Part shown: piece after piece, positions 28,500 through 38,304 of the stretch
Layout: each line of letters opens with the position of its first letter
Numbering within the stretch: position 1 is the first letter of the stretch
NCBI GenBank assembly: GCA_021399345.1
Contig: JAAFKI010000067.1
Coordinates: 1 to 45,259, forward strand
Origin: Candidatus Heimdallarchaeota archaeon
GTDB taxonomy: Archaea > Asgardarchaeota > Heimdallarchaeia > Heimdallarchaeales > Heimdallarchaeaceae
Direction: 5' to 3'
Length of the DNA stretch: 45,259 nt
Notes under the pieces: model-generated
What the model was told of the DNA's origin: nothing
The model's input: only the letters and a program-made list of their open reading frames with translations
Databases searched by the model: none
Translations under genes and position numbers: made by a program

Positions 28500-28934
28500 T
28501 TACTCTTCTTCTTCCTCAATTGTTTTCTCTACTTCTTGTATCTTAGTTTCACTTGATACAATATTCTCAGCTTCACAATGAGGGCAGATAATTATCAAGA
28601 ATTTACCATCAGTCCTTCTTTCTCCTCCCTCTAATTCTTTGCTGCACATGTCACAGAAATCTGGTTCAGGAAAACTAGGTAATTCAACTAGAATTTCCTT
28701 TTCCTTCTTCAATTCCTGCCAATTTATTATAATATACATAGAACACCATATAATGAACAAACCAGCTATTGAAGCTGCGAGAATTATCATCCATAAAAGG
28801 TCTCTTATGAACCCTATTACAAAACCAGAAGCGAATAATATAACAAAAGCTGCTGAGAGCCACAGAAAATTATCTACTTCCATGTCATCAAAGAACTTTA
28901 TTACTGACATTAATAATATTTTACTGAAACTCAT
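28500..28934 (-). CDS. Two-TM protein with zinc ribbon and acidic tail
   Basis: CDMC...CPHC and EEEEE C-terminus; ends 2 nt before the next ATG. Confidence 0.75.
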   Translation of the reverse strand: MSFSKILLMSVIKFFDDMEVDNFLWLSAAFVILFASGFVIGFIRDLLWMIILAASIAGLFIIWCSMYIIINWQELKKEKEILVELPSFPEPDFCDMCSKELEGGERRTDGKFLIIICPHCEAENIVSSETKIQEVEKTIEEEEE

Positions 28935-29008
28935 ATTTAATTATTCCTTATCGAAAAATTAGTAGAATTCTACTAAAAATTTAATAAAATCCAAGGAAAT
29001 ATCAAATT

Positions 29009-29956
29009 ATGACAACCTTTGGAGTGCAGATCGAACCTCAGATGGGGTATACTTGGCAAGAAATCTATAATATAGTTCAAGCTGCTGAAAAAAACAACTT
29101 CACACATACTTGGTTCTCTGATCATTTCTTATTAAGAGCTGATTCAGTTGATCAGAATTGCTATGAATGTATAACAGCAATGATGGGAGCTGCTGCTAAA
29201 ACAGAAAAACTAAGGATTGGACCATTAGTTCTGTGTAATCTATATAGATATCCAGCTGTTTTAGCTAAACAAATAGCAACACTTGATCATTTTAGTAATG
29301 GGAGAATAGAATTTGGATTTGGAACAGGATGGAAAGAAATAGAATTCAATCAGTATGGAATAGAGTTTCCAAGTGGTGGTGTTCGTTTAGCAATGTTCGA
29401 AGAAGCTCTTCAAATAATCAAGAGTCTATGGACTGAAGAAAGAACAACATTTGATGGTAAATATTACAAAATTAAAGATGCTGTAGCATCACCCAAACCC
29501 TACCAAAAACCTCATCCTACTATATGGATTGGATTAGGTGGAGGAAAACCAAAGATAACCAGATTGGCTGCTCAACATGCTGAAGGTATCAATTATGTTT
29601 GGGCCATTCCTCCTGATGAACTTAAGCAAAAGCTTGATGAATTTGATGAAATTGCTAAAGAGTTAGGCAGAGATCCTTCTATGATTAAGAAATCATATGG
29701 AGCTTGGACAGATGTTTTTGAAGATGAAAAAGCAAAGCTCGAAGCTATAAAGAAATTGGCTGAAGAAAGAAAAGTACCCATAGAGGAAGTTGAAAAAGGG
29801 ATGAAAAGAGCTCTTGTGGGAACCAGAGAGGAGATCATAGAGAAGATGAAAGAATATCAGAAACTCAAATTAGACCACTTCATTATTATGTTTCCATATC
29901 AAAAAGAGTTAGAACAGATGAAGATTTTTAAGGAGGAAATACTACCTAAAATCTAA
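29009..29956 (+). CDS. LLM-class (probably F420-dependent) oxidoreductase
   Basis: WFSDHF, LRIGPLV, RYPAVLAKQIATLDHFSNGRIEFGFGTGW and PKPYQKPHP motifs. Confidence 0.92.
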   Translation: MTTFGVQIEPQMGYTWQEIYNIVQAAEKNNFTHTWFSDHFLLRADSVDQNCYECITAMMGAAAKTEKLRIGPLVLCNLYRYPAVLAKQIATLDHFSNGRIEFGFGTGWKEIEFNQYGIEFPSGGVRLAMFEEALQIIKSLWTEERTTFDGKYYKIKDAVASPKPYQKPHPTIWIGLGGGKPKITRLAAQHAEGINYVWAIPPDELKQKLDEFDEIAKELGRDPSMIKKSYGAWTDVFEDEKAKLEAIKKLAEERKVPIEEVEKGMKRALVGTREEIIEKMKEYQKLKLDHFIIMFPYQKELEQMKIFKEEILPKI

Positions 29957-29973
29957 ATCTATCTCTTCCATTT

Positions 29974-30756
29974 CTAACTCCAATATTCTGACATAGAATT
30001 ATAATCAGCAAGCCATTCTGGGTCAACTTGCTCTATTTCATGAAGTTTGAGTTTTTCTCCTTTCTTCTTTTTTAGCTTAGAATTATAATTAAATGTATAT
30101 TTACTCTTTATTATAAATCGAGCACCGTTAGGTGTAACATAAGGTAAATCGACTAAATCGTAAAATCTATTGGATTTCAATTCCTCATATTCTTTCGCTA
30201 TTTCCTTATCATCATCAGTAATGAATTTGAAATTTACTTTCAAGATCTTCTGTTTTCGTTGTAAAATCATTGTAATATAATTTTCCTCAGAGTAACCTCG
30301 ACTTTTTAAAACTAAATCATGCATAAGGGGCTTATTATCTACATGAAGATCATTTTCATACATCATATTGGATAATTTTGGTGCTATCGTTTCTTTACCC
30401 TTTTCAGAACGTATTGTAAATTTAGCTGGAGAGGTATAAGTATCAGAATATGTTAGTAGTCTAAAAGAGATATAACTACTTAATGCTCCTGTTATAAATG
30501 GTAAAACAGTAAACACAAATACTCCAGCATTATACCAATTCAATCTCGACAGAACACTTTCTTTAGGATTAACTATTTCTACCGGTTTCTTTAACCATTC
30601 ATTTAAAACGAGGAATTGAAAATCTTCATCTTTGAAGTCCAATTGTTTTAGGTGCTCTATTTCTTGACGTAAGTTGATTAAGATAAGTCTAGATTCATCT
30701 TTAAATTCTTCTTTGAATTTTTGATTTGCCATAAAATCTCTTATCAAATATGTCAT
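29974..30756 (-). CDS. Hypothetical protein with one hydrophobic segment
   Basis: 260-aa ORF filling the gap between the LLM paralogues; no recognised motif. Confidence 0.65.
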   Translation of the reverse strand: MTYLIRDFMANQKFKEEFKDESRLILINLRQEIEHLKQLDFKDEDFQFLVLNEWLKKPVEIVNPKESVLSRLNWYNAGVFVFTVLPFITGALSSYISFRLLTYSDTYTSPAKFTIRSEKGKETIAPKLSNMMYENDLHVDNKPLMHDLVLKSRGYSEENYITMILQRKQKILKVNFKFITDDDKEIAKEYEELKSNRFYDLVDLPYVTPNGARFIIKSKYTFNYNSKLKKKKGEKLKLHEIEQVDPEWLADYNSMSEYWS

Positions 30757-30872
30757 AATTTATCAACTTCAAACTTGATTTTTCATATTTAAGTGTTTGT
30801 TGACTATTCAGTTACTTCTTCTTTCATCTAAAATTACTTAATCCTTATTAACTGATATTTCTCATACTTCCT

Positions 30873-31820
30873 ATGACGGATTTTGGACTACAAATAGAAC
30901 CTCAATTTGGTTTCAACTTTGAGCAAATCAAAGAAATGGTTCAGTTTGCAGAAAAGAATCAATTTAGTCATGCTTGGTTTTCAGATCATTTCATGATGAC
31001 TCCAGATTCAACTGAAACACTAGCTTATGAATGTTTTACAGCTATGATGGCAGCTGTATCTTATACGGAAAAACTTCGTATAGGTGCTTTGGTCTTCTGC
31101 AATAATTATAGACATCCTTCCGTTCTAGCTAAACAAATAGCATCTTTAGATCATTATTCAAAAGGAAGGATTGAGTTTGGCTATGGTGGAGGGTGGAAGC
31201 AAGCAGAATATAATCAGTATGGAATAGAATTCCCCACAACAGGTATCAGACTCAAACAGATGGTTGAAGGAATAGAAGTCATACGAAATCTCTGGACTCA
31301 AGAAAGAGCCAATTATCAGGGTGACTATTATCAACTTAATAATGCTGTTTCATTCCCAAAACCTTTCCAAAAACCCTATCCCCCTATCTTTGTAGGAACC
31401 ATGTATGGACGCCCAAAAATGCTCAATATAGCAGCTAAATATGCTGATGGAATCAATCTTGCTTGGGCTTATACTCCTGAAGATTTTGAAGATAAAATGA
31501 GACAACTAGATGAACTTTGTGAGAAATATGATCGAAAACCTGATTCTCTTCGTAGAACATATGGTGTTTGGTCTAGAATTTATGAATCAGATGAAGAGAA
31601 GAAAAAAGTCTGGAAAGAAGTAGCTGAGAAAAGAGGATTTTCACCAGAAGAAATTGAAAAACGCTATAAAGGTTCCATGCACGGAACAATAGAAGAAATA
31701 AGAGAATGGTTGAAAGCTTATTCGAAACTAGGTGTTGAGCAATTCATTTTCATGTTTCCTCAAAATAAGGAAATTGAACAGATGAAAATATTAACAGAAG
31801 AAATTATTCCTAAAGTTTAA
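30873..31820 (+). CDS. LLM-class (probably F420-dependent) oxidoreductase, paralogue of 29009
   Basis: Same motifs and same length (315 aa). Confidence 0.92.
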   Translation: MTDFGLQIEPQFGFNFEQIKEMVQFAEKNQFSHAWFSDHFMMTPDSTETLAYECFTAMMAAVSYTEKLRIGALVFCNNYRHPSVLAKQIASLDHYSKGRIEFGYGGGWKQAEYNQYGIEFPTTGIRLKQMVEGIEVIRNLWTQERANYQGDYYQLNNAVSFPKPFQKPYPPIFVGTMYGRPKMLNIAAKYADGINLAWAYTPEDFEDKMRQLDELCEKYDRKPDSLRRTYGVWSRIYESDEEKKKVWKEVAEKRGFSPEEIEKRYKGSMHGTIEEIREWLKAYSKLGVEQFIFMFPQNKEIEQMKILTEEIIPKV

Positions 31821-31824
31821 TCTC

Positions 31825-33012
31825 TTACCACTCTTCAGGTGTAGTTAATCCAGAACCTGTTCCAAAAATAACTACTTTTTCTTCCTTAGTTATATCTCCA
31901 TCATCAATTAAAAGATCCAGTGATGCAACTGTCGCTGCTGCTTCTGGTGAAAGCATAATTCCTTCTTCTTTTGCTAGTTGATTCATAGCTATTTTGATGG
32001 TTAAATCATCAACTGCGATTGCTGTACCCTTAGAATCTCTTATAGTTTGAAGAATTAAATAATCGGCTATTGCAGATGGAACTCTTAATCCTGCAGCGAT
32101 TGTATGAGCATCTTCCCAAAATTCCGCATGGTCTTTGCCTTCTTTGAATGCTTTAACTATAGGAGCACAAGTACTTGATTGAACTGAAATCATTCTAGGT
32201 CTTTGACTATCAATAAATCCAAGTTGTTCTAATTCATCAAATGCTTTCCACATTCCGATAATTCCTGTTCCTCCACCTGTAGGGTAAACAATCACATCAG
32301 GTAGTGACCAACTAAATTGTTCTGCAAGTTCCAAACCCATTGTTTTCTTCCCTTCCACTCTATAAGGTTCTTTTAGGGTTGAAACATCAAACCAATCTTC
32401 TTTTTCAGCTTCTTCCTTTGCGATTTTTCCAGCATCAGTGATTATTCCATCAACAAGTCTAGCATCAGCACCAAGAGCTTTAATTTCTCTTACGATGAAA
32501 GGAGGTGTATCCTCAGGCATGAATACATGAGCTTTCGATTTAGTTCTTGCCGCATAAGCAGCTAAAGCAGCTCCAGCATTTCCAGCTGTTGGGATTACAA
32601 AATCATTAATTCCTAATTCCACAGCTCTTGAAACAGCTGCACATAAACCTCTACTTTTAAATGAGCCTGTAGGATTGAAACTTTCATCCTTAAGATAAAG
32701 ATTCTTTAACCCCAACATCTCTCCTAGATTGTTAATTTTCACTACAGGGGTCCATCCTTCACCTAATGTGAAACGATATTTATTATCAAAAACAGGCATT
32801 ATCTCTGCCATTCGCCAGATATCATATCTTCGTTTATGAAAAGAAGATTTATCCAAAGTATCTTTAGCTTTTTCTAGATCGTAATCTGCAAACAAGACTT
32901 TTCCACAAGAACAAAGTTTGTGTTTTGAATCAATATTGTGAATATCCCCGCATGCAGTACATCTCAATTGAAAAGCTGTAGAAGTTATATTATCATAATC
33001 CAATTCAATCAT
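31825..33012 (-). CDS. thrC: Threonine synthase family PLP enzyme
   Basis: TLGEGWTP, NPTGSFKSRG (PLP Lys), TAGNAG, PYRVEGKKT and YPTGGGTG motifs. Confidence 0.88.
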   Translation of the reverse strand: MIELDYDNITSTAFQLRCTACGDIHNIDSKHKLCSCGKVLFADYDLEKAKDTLDKSSFHKRRYDIWRMAEIMPVFDNKYRFTLGEGWTPVVKINNLGEMLGLKNLYLKDESFNPTGSFKSRGLCAAVSRAVELGINDFVIPTAGNAGAALAAYAARTKSKAHVFMPEDTPPFIVREIKALGADARLVDGIITDAGKIAKEEAEKEDWFDVSTLKEPYRVEGKKTMGLELAEQFSWSLPDVIVYPTGGGTGIIGMWKAFDELEQLGFIDSQRPRMISVQSSTCAPIVKAFKEGKDHAEFWEDAHTIAAGLRVPSAIADYLILQTIRDSKGTAIAVDDLTIKIAMNQLAKEEGIMLSPEAAATVASLDLLIDDGDITKEEKVVIFGTGSGLTTPEEW

Positions 33013-33051
33013 GAGTGATTTTCCAAATAAAGGACAGATAAAAAATGTTTC

Positions 33052-35088
33052 CTATTTTGGCGGAGTAATAATTGCCCTCTCGGATTTTTCAAAGATGATA
33101 TCTATAAGAAAATCTGCTTCTTTTTGAAAATGTTCTAAAACTTCGCCTTCTTTGATATTTTTGTAGTTATCTTCGAATTTCTGATTAAATCTTTGCACAA
33201 AATTGTATAGCTTAGTTCTTGCATTAAAACTGTCTCTATCACAAGCAAGAATACCACAAAACCTACCAAAACTCTCCACAAGCAATTTTTTACCCTCAAA
33301 ATCTATTCCTCTTAGCCCACTTCCAAAAACTTCTGAGGACATAGTTCTTATTGCAGAAATTAACCCAGAAATTAGAACATCATTTATTGGAAATTGTCTG
33401 TTGAAGTAGTATGAATAGATATAAGATCCTTCATCAGTGAAAATATTCAAGAAATAAACTTGAGGCATACGTTTTGTTTTCTTTATGTATGAGTGTTTAG
33501 CAAGATCATTAATTACATCTGTTATTTCGTGGATAATGACCATAGGCCTTTCAATTTCATTTGATTGAATCATTAAAACACTATTTGCACACTTTTCAAT
33601 TAATGGAAAATTCGCGTTTTTCTCTGCTAGATCTCTAGCTTGTTCAAAGACATATTCAGCATCTACAAATTCATTTAATGCTACTAAAAGTTGTCCGCTA
33701 ATATAGAGAACTTCAGCTAGAATGGGTAAATCTTGTTCTTGGCAGATGGAAATAACATTCGCTAAATATCTTTCAGAGTTTGTTAAATCTGCGTCAGATT
33801 GTGAAATCTTGTATCTGTGAAGATAGGCTTCAGCTAAATATAATTGCGATAGAACAACGTATTGGAACTCACTTATAATAGCTAGCTCATAGCATTTTTT
33901 AAAAGATCCAATTGAGGAAGATAAATCATAGGTATCAAGATAAATTCTACCCATGTAATAATAATATGTGGTTAACCATCTTTGATTTTTTGTTTTTTCA
34001 CTTAGATTTCCTCCCTTCTCGAGATATTTAATCCCCTCTTGTAAATTACCTTTACCAGGTACTTTTGTAAGAGAATAACCATATAGAAGATTTACAATTG
34101 GTGAGTTTCTATTTGTAAGATCCTGAGCCTTGTCCAAATATTCCAAAGCTTCCCCATACTTTTCTTGTTTAATAAGAACTTCAGCAATATTCACATAAAT
34201 AGTAGGTTTGGATTGAGAAATCTCTGGATCTTTAAGAGCTTCTTGACATAATGAAAGAGCTTTTTCTAAGTTCCCTCTGGTATGTTCTAAATCTGCCATA
34301 TTAGCAATGAGAGATCCAATGAATTCCCTATTACCTATTTTTTCCGCAATTACGATTGCTTTGCCATAATATTCAGAAGCTTCTTCTAAATAACCTTTGA
34401 ATCGATAAAGACCACCTAACATTGTGTAGCAATCTAATCTTTTTGTATCCATATTCAAAGCTTCAGCAAGTTCTTTGTAAATTTCCAACCAACCAGAATA
34501 AGCTTCATCTCCTGTTCGGAATTCTCTATATGCTAAATCGCTAACAACTTGAAGTGTAAGAAGGGGGTATTTTTCGATCAGAACTGTATCAAACAGATTT
34601 AAACGGAAAACCTTGGAGTATTGTTGAACAGTCTGAACATCAGAATTCATAGAAGCTATTTCCATAGATAATATGGCTGAAAATGCTTTATGCATAGAAG
34701 GATCTGTCTTCTTAAGTTCAACCATCAAAGCAATTGTGTTTGCTATCAGTGCAGAAACTACTTCCCTATCTCCAGTAAATTTCGCTGATTTCATTCTGAA
34801 ATACATAGCTTCAAAATTATCTTCAGGGATTGGAAAAGTTAGTACTTTTTTAAATTGTGAGAGAAGAAAATACCCTATCATTGTAATTTGAGTATAATTG
34901 ATTCGTGAAAACTCAGGGATACTTAGCGTATTGGCTAAATCATCAGATGCATATACTAATGATTGAAAAGAACTATACTGCATTTCTTGATACTTTTGAA
35001 AAACAGGAAAGAATTGTTCAAAATCAGATTTGATGAATTTTTCAAATCTAGAGAACTCATTAGGTAAATCAAAATTATCTGATTTCAA
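33052..35088 (-). CDS. TPR-repeat protein with C-terminal longin-like domain
   Basis: Repeated TPR helices (LGGLYRFKGYLEEASEYYGKA...), then YFLNIFTDEGSYIYSYYF...DVLISGLISAIRTMSSEVFG...LRGIDFEGKKLLV...KLYNFVQRF. Confidence 0.82.
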   Translation of the reverse strand: MKSDNFDLPNEFSRFEKFIKSDFEQFFPVFQKYQEMQYSSFQSLVYASDDLANTLSIPEFSRINYTQITMIGYFLLSQFKKVLTFPIPEDNFEAMYFRMKSAKFTGDREVVSALIANTIALMVELKKTDPSMHKAFSAILSMEIASMNSDVQTVQQYSKVFRLNLFDTVLIEKYPLLTLQVVSDLAYREFRTGDEAYSGWLEIYKELAEALNMDTKRLDCYTMLGGLYRFKGYLEEASEYYGKAIVIAEKIGNREFIGSLIANMADLEHTRGNLEKALSLCQEALKDPEISQSKPTIYVNIAEVLIKQEKYGEALEYLDKAQDLTNRNSPIVNLLYGYSLTKVPGKGNLQEGIKYLEKGGNLSEKTKNQRWLTTYYYYMGRIYLDTYDLSSSIGSFKKCYELAIISEFQYVVLSQLYLAEAYLHRYKISQSDADLTNSERYLANVISICQEQDLPILAEVLYISGQLLVALNEFVDAEYVFEQARDLAEKNANFPLIEKCANSVLMIQSNEIERPMVIIHEITDVINDLAKHSYIKKTKRMPQVYFLNIFTDEGSYIYSYYFNRQFPINDVLISGLISAIRTMSSEVFGSGLRGIDFEGKKLLVESFGRFCGILACDRDSFNARTKLYNFVQRFNQKFEDNYKNIKEGEVLEHFQKEADFLIDIIFEKSERAIITPPK

Positions 35089-35215
35089 ACTATCTCACAA
35101 GATAAATAATGGATAAATATTTATTAAACATTCTTACAGTACTAGCTCAATTATCAAGCACAATTATTGACAGATTTTATTGCTTCTTGGGAAAGTTTTT
35201 TTATAGTTAAAATTA

Positions 35216-36694
35216 ATGACAATACTGAGGAACATGACTAATGAAATTCTTGAGAATCCTGTTTTTGCTTCAAAGTTTGTTTCCAAATTCACTCATTATA
35301 GTGAATTAGACAAGGACCTCAGAGATAATATAGAGATGGAATCAGTTAATGCAATAGCTTATAGTATGCTTCCAATAGTTGATCAAATACCTGAAGACAA
35401 AAAAGGAATTGTTCGAGTTTTTATAACAAATAATGAAAGCCAACCTATTACTTTATCTATCCGATTTTCAATTGTAGGATGGTTTAGTGACCTTCGTAAG
35501 CATGAAAAAGCCAGAAAAGTTGAAACGATTACTATTCAGCCTGAGGAAGTCTGGTTCAGAGATATATCTTTCAAAAGTTCTATAAAACAAGGAAAGAATT
35601 ATTTTCAATTATTGTTTTACGATAAGAAAGAAGTCTATGCTACTGCCCATTTTGAGTTTTCGCAAATAAGAGAAATTGAAAAACAAAACCAGATTGAAAG
35701 AAGCAACTATCTTGGTATGTCATCAAAAGCTTATATCAACCCTCGATCCTTAAACTACTGGATGTTTTACGCCCTTTTTGGCCCTTATTCTTATGTTAAA
35801 GAAAATATTATTTTTCTTTTTCTTAAGATAATTGGTATTTTAACAGGTATTGTACTTATTGCATTATCAATACCAGCTACAACTATATTTCCAAACTATG
35901 TCATGGCAATTGGGATAGTAGTAACAATTATCTCTGCGTTAGCATTTGTATCTAACCTAGATGATAAACATGTTAAATTTATTTTTGAATTAGGATTAAC
36001 TGACAACCCAAAAAGAGGGACTATAGAGTTAGCATCAAATACCATATCATCTAACCTTCAGAAATTTTGCAAATTAGATATGAATTTTGATTATGACACA
36101 GAAAATGATGTTGTAAAATGGAAAGAAGGCTCAAATAAGCTTTTCCAGAAATTGATTCCTCAGATTGCGAGTAAACTTCAACTTTCCTATGACATTGGTG
36201 AGGTTGAAATAGTTAGCAAACCTGTTGTAAAGGAAATTATTGATAAAGAAGAATTAAAGAAGAAAATCGAAAAAGGAATTCAACTTCAGCATGAAGAAGG
36301 GATAAAGTTCAAAGATGAAATTGATTCTGTTGGAGAGGATTCAGTTGGAATAGAAGTTAAATCTCATGCCCTTGAATCAACAACTTCAGTTAAGCCTGAT
36401 TTTGATTCAATTGTAACTAAAGATTCTGTCAAACAAGATATCGAACCCATTAAAACTATACCATCGTTGGAACCCCTAGTAGAACCAATAGAAACCAAAT
36501 CAGATATGAAACCAGAAGTAAAAATAATTGAGACAAAAGCTGAAGGCATTGTTAAAGATGCTAAAGGATATATTGGTAAACCTACTGATACAGAAACCAT
36601 TCCAATTCCTAAACAACTACCCGCTGAAGAAAAACCAGCAAAAGATAAAAAATCTGCAAAGGAAATCAGAAAAAATTCAGAAGAGACAGATTAA
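35216..36694 (+). CDS. Hypothetical membrane protein with low-complexity charged C-terminus
   Basis: Two central TMs, beta-rich N-terminal part, E/K/P-rich tail. Confidence 0.7.
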   Translation: MTILRNMTNEILENPVFASKFVSKFTHYSELDKDLRDNIEMESVNAIAYSMLPIVDQIPEDKKGIVRVFITNNESQPITLSIRFSIVGWFSDLRKHEKARKVETITIQPEEVWFRDISFKSSIKQGKNYFQLLFYDKKEVYATAHFEFSQIREIEKQNQIERSNYLGMSSKAYINPRSLNYWMFYALFGPYSYVKENIIFLFLKIIGILTGIVLIALSIPATTIFPNYVMAIGIVVTIISALAFVSNLDDKHVKFIFELGLTDNPKRGTIELASNTISSNLQKFCKLDMNFDYDTENDVVKWKEGSNKLFQKLIPQIASKLQLSYDIGEVEIVSKPVVKEIIDKEELKKKIEKGIQLQHEEGIKFKDEIDSVGEDSVGIEVKSHALESTTSVKPDFDSIVTKDSVKQDIEPIKTIPSLEPLVEPIETKSDMKPEVKIIETKAEGIVKDAKGYIGKPTDTETIPIPKQLPAEEKPAKDKKSAKEIRKNSEETD

Positions 36695-36740
36695 GCAAAG
36701 TAAATAAATACTTCAATCTCTCTTTCGTTGGTTATTAGAT

Positions 36741-37652
36741 TTGATTAACAATAAATATCCTGTCAAAGTACATGGAGAAGAAAGGTTTTCATTCTTCTGG
36801 ATGAAACTTGCTGTTTTTGGTATGATGCTTTATTATATTATTGAAATGATTAACAGGGTTATGTTCATATTTTTCTATGAAGATCAGACAGGAGAACCAA
36901 TTTTTTCTGAGGAAGTCATGAATTTCTGGCGAATTGCAGATTCAGTTTTTTATGCCTTTATGTTTATATTAATAGCCATTCAGGTTCTTCAATGGAGAAG
37001 TGCTAATATTGGATTGGAAAATAAAAAGAAAGCAAGAAACGCTGTTTTTGCTCTACTAGTAACAGCTTTAGCTCTAGGACTCTATGAAGCACTTTTAGTA
37101 TTACAAGAAGATCTTAGTTATAGTCATCAGAGTGATCTTACTGTTCCATTTATGTTAATGATAGTTGCACACTTCTATGGTATGCATTTAGTCAAAAATC
37201 TAATTACTTCAATAGGTAGATATAAGAAAGTAAGTACTGGAGAGAGTGTGTTCTACTCCTTGTTTGCTTTAAATCCAGCTATTAGATATTTAGCATCATT
37301 TATCATGTTATTTATGGTGCCTATCTTAACAATTAATCCATACTTGTTTATGGCTTATTCTGAAGTAGTCATGACTTATATCTCAGCTGTGGTAGCAGTA
37401 GGATTTTTCATAGTTTTCTTAAGAGATAGTAGAAAAGTCAAAATATCACAGTTACTGCAAAATCTTGAAGAAAAAGAGAAGGGGGAGAAGAAACCTTTCG
37501 AAGGTGAATCATTAAATTATTTTGATAATGTTGATGATCCTACAATTACTTTATTCAATTCTTCTGAATCTGTTTTCTGTAGCGATTGTGGATTAGTAAT
37601 TTATGAGAATGCAAAGGAATGTCCTAATTGTGGGAAAAAAGTGGAAAGTTAA
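36741..37652 (+). CDS. Multi-pass membrane protein with C-terminal zinc ribbon
   Basis: About 6 TMs; CSDC-x10-CPNCG at the C-terminus. Confidence 0.75.
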   Translation: MINNKYPVKVHGEERFSFFWMKLAVFGMMLYYIIEMINRVMFIFFYEDQTGEPIFSEEVMNFWRIADSVFYAFMFILIAIQVLQWRSANIGLENKKKARNAVFALLVTALALGLYEALLVLQEDLSYSHQSDLTVPFMLMIVAHFYGMHLVKNLITSIGRYKKVSTGESVFYSLFALNPAIRYLASFIMLFMVPILTINPYLFMAYSEVVMTYISAVVAVGFFIVFLRDSRKVKISQLLQNLEEKEKGEKKPFEGESLNYFDNVDDPTITLFNSSESVFCSDCGLVIYENAKECPNCGKKVES

Positions 37653-37661
37653 CTTTTCTAC

Positions 37662-38294
37662 TTATCTTTTTACTAGTGTTTTTATAAGAAAATAAGCTAC
37701 AACAGCTGTTATTCCTACTCCAACAATTATGAAAATAGCTGTCATTTGATTTGAAGGATCTTCATTATATTCAGTATTATAATTGTCTGTATTGTGGCTT
37801 ATTGCATCAAGTATTTTTGTTTCGAGAAAACTGTAACTTGCTTGTCCTTCTATGAAAGATACAACCCTTCCTAAATCATCCAATACAACTAGAGTTGGTA
37901 CTGAATAGAGATCAAAAAGTGAATTAGTTTCACTAGCTGAATATCCAATAATCCAATCATCTGATAAAGATTGGTTAATCTTATAATCAATGAGTCTTTG
38001 ATTTGTTGTTTGTTTATAAACATCCAGCATGAAAATAGTCAGATTATAATTGGTATCTATTTGTTCTAAAATAATTAATTCATCAATACAACTAGGGCAT
38101 GTCGGCAGGTAAAACTCAATTAATTTTACCCCTTCATAATTGTTAACATCATCAAGTTCCATGTTTATATCCCAATAGAAAACACTTGGACTTGAAGCAC
38201 CACTTATGACAGAAGAAGAAGCAAGGAGTAAAAAAGCTAAACTCAAAACCATGAACCATTTTGAAGTATTTTTATCAGAAGTCATAGATATCAA
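37662..38294 (-). CDS. Exported thioredoxin-like (TlpA/ResA) protein with C-terminal anchor
   Basis: Signal peptide, LIEFYLPTCPSC, SVPTLVVLD (cis-Pro loop), C-terminal TM. Confidence 0.82.
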   Translation of the reverse strand: MISMTSDKNTSKWFMVLSLAFLLLASSSVISGASSPSVFYWDINMELDDVNNYEGVKLIEFYLPTCPSCIDELIILEQIDTNYNLTIFMLDVYKQTTNQRLIDYKINQSLSDDWIIGYSASETNSLFDLYSVPTLVVLDDLGRVVSFIEGQASYSFLETKILDAISHNTDNYNTEYNEDPSNQMTAIFIIVGVGITAVVAYFLIKTLVKR

Positions 38295-38304
38295 TATTCT
38301 TAAT

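Noticed and set aside
31825-33012. Cysteate synthase feeding the ComDE-like enzyme
   Set aside because: Motifs (NPTGSFKSRG, PYRVEGKKT) are those of ordinary threonine synthases, and the gene is more than 10 kb away.
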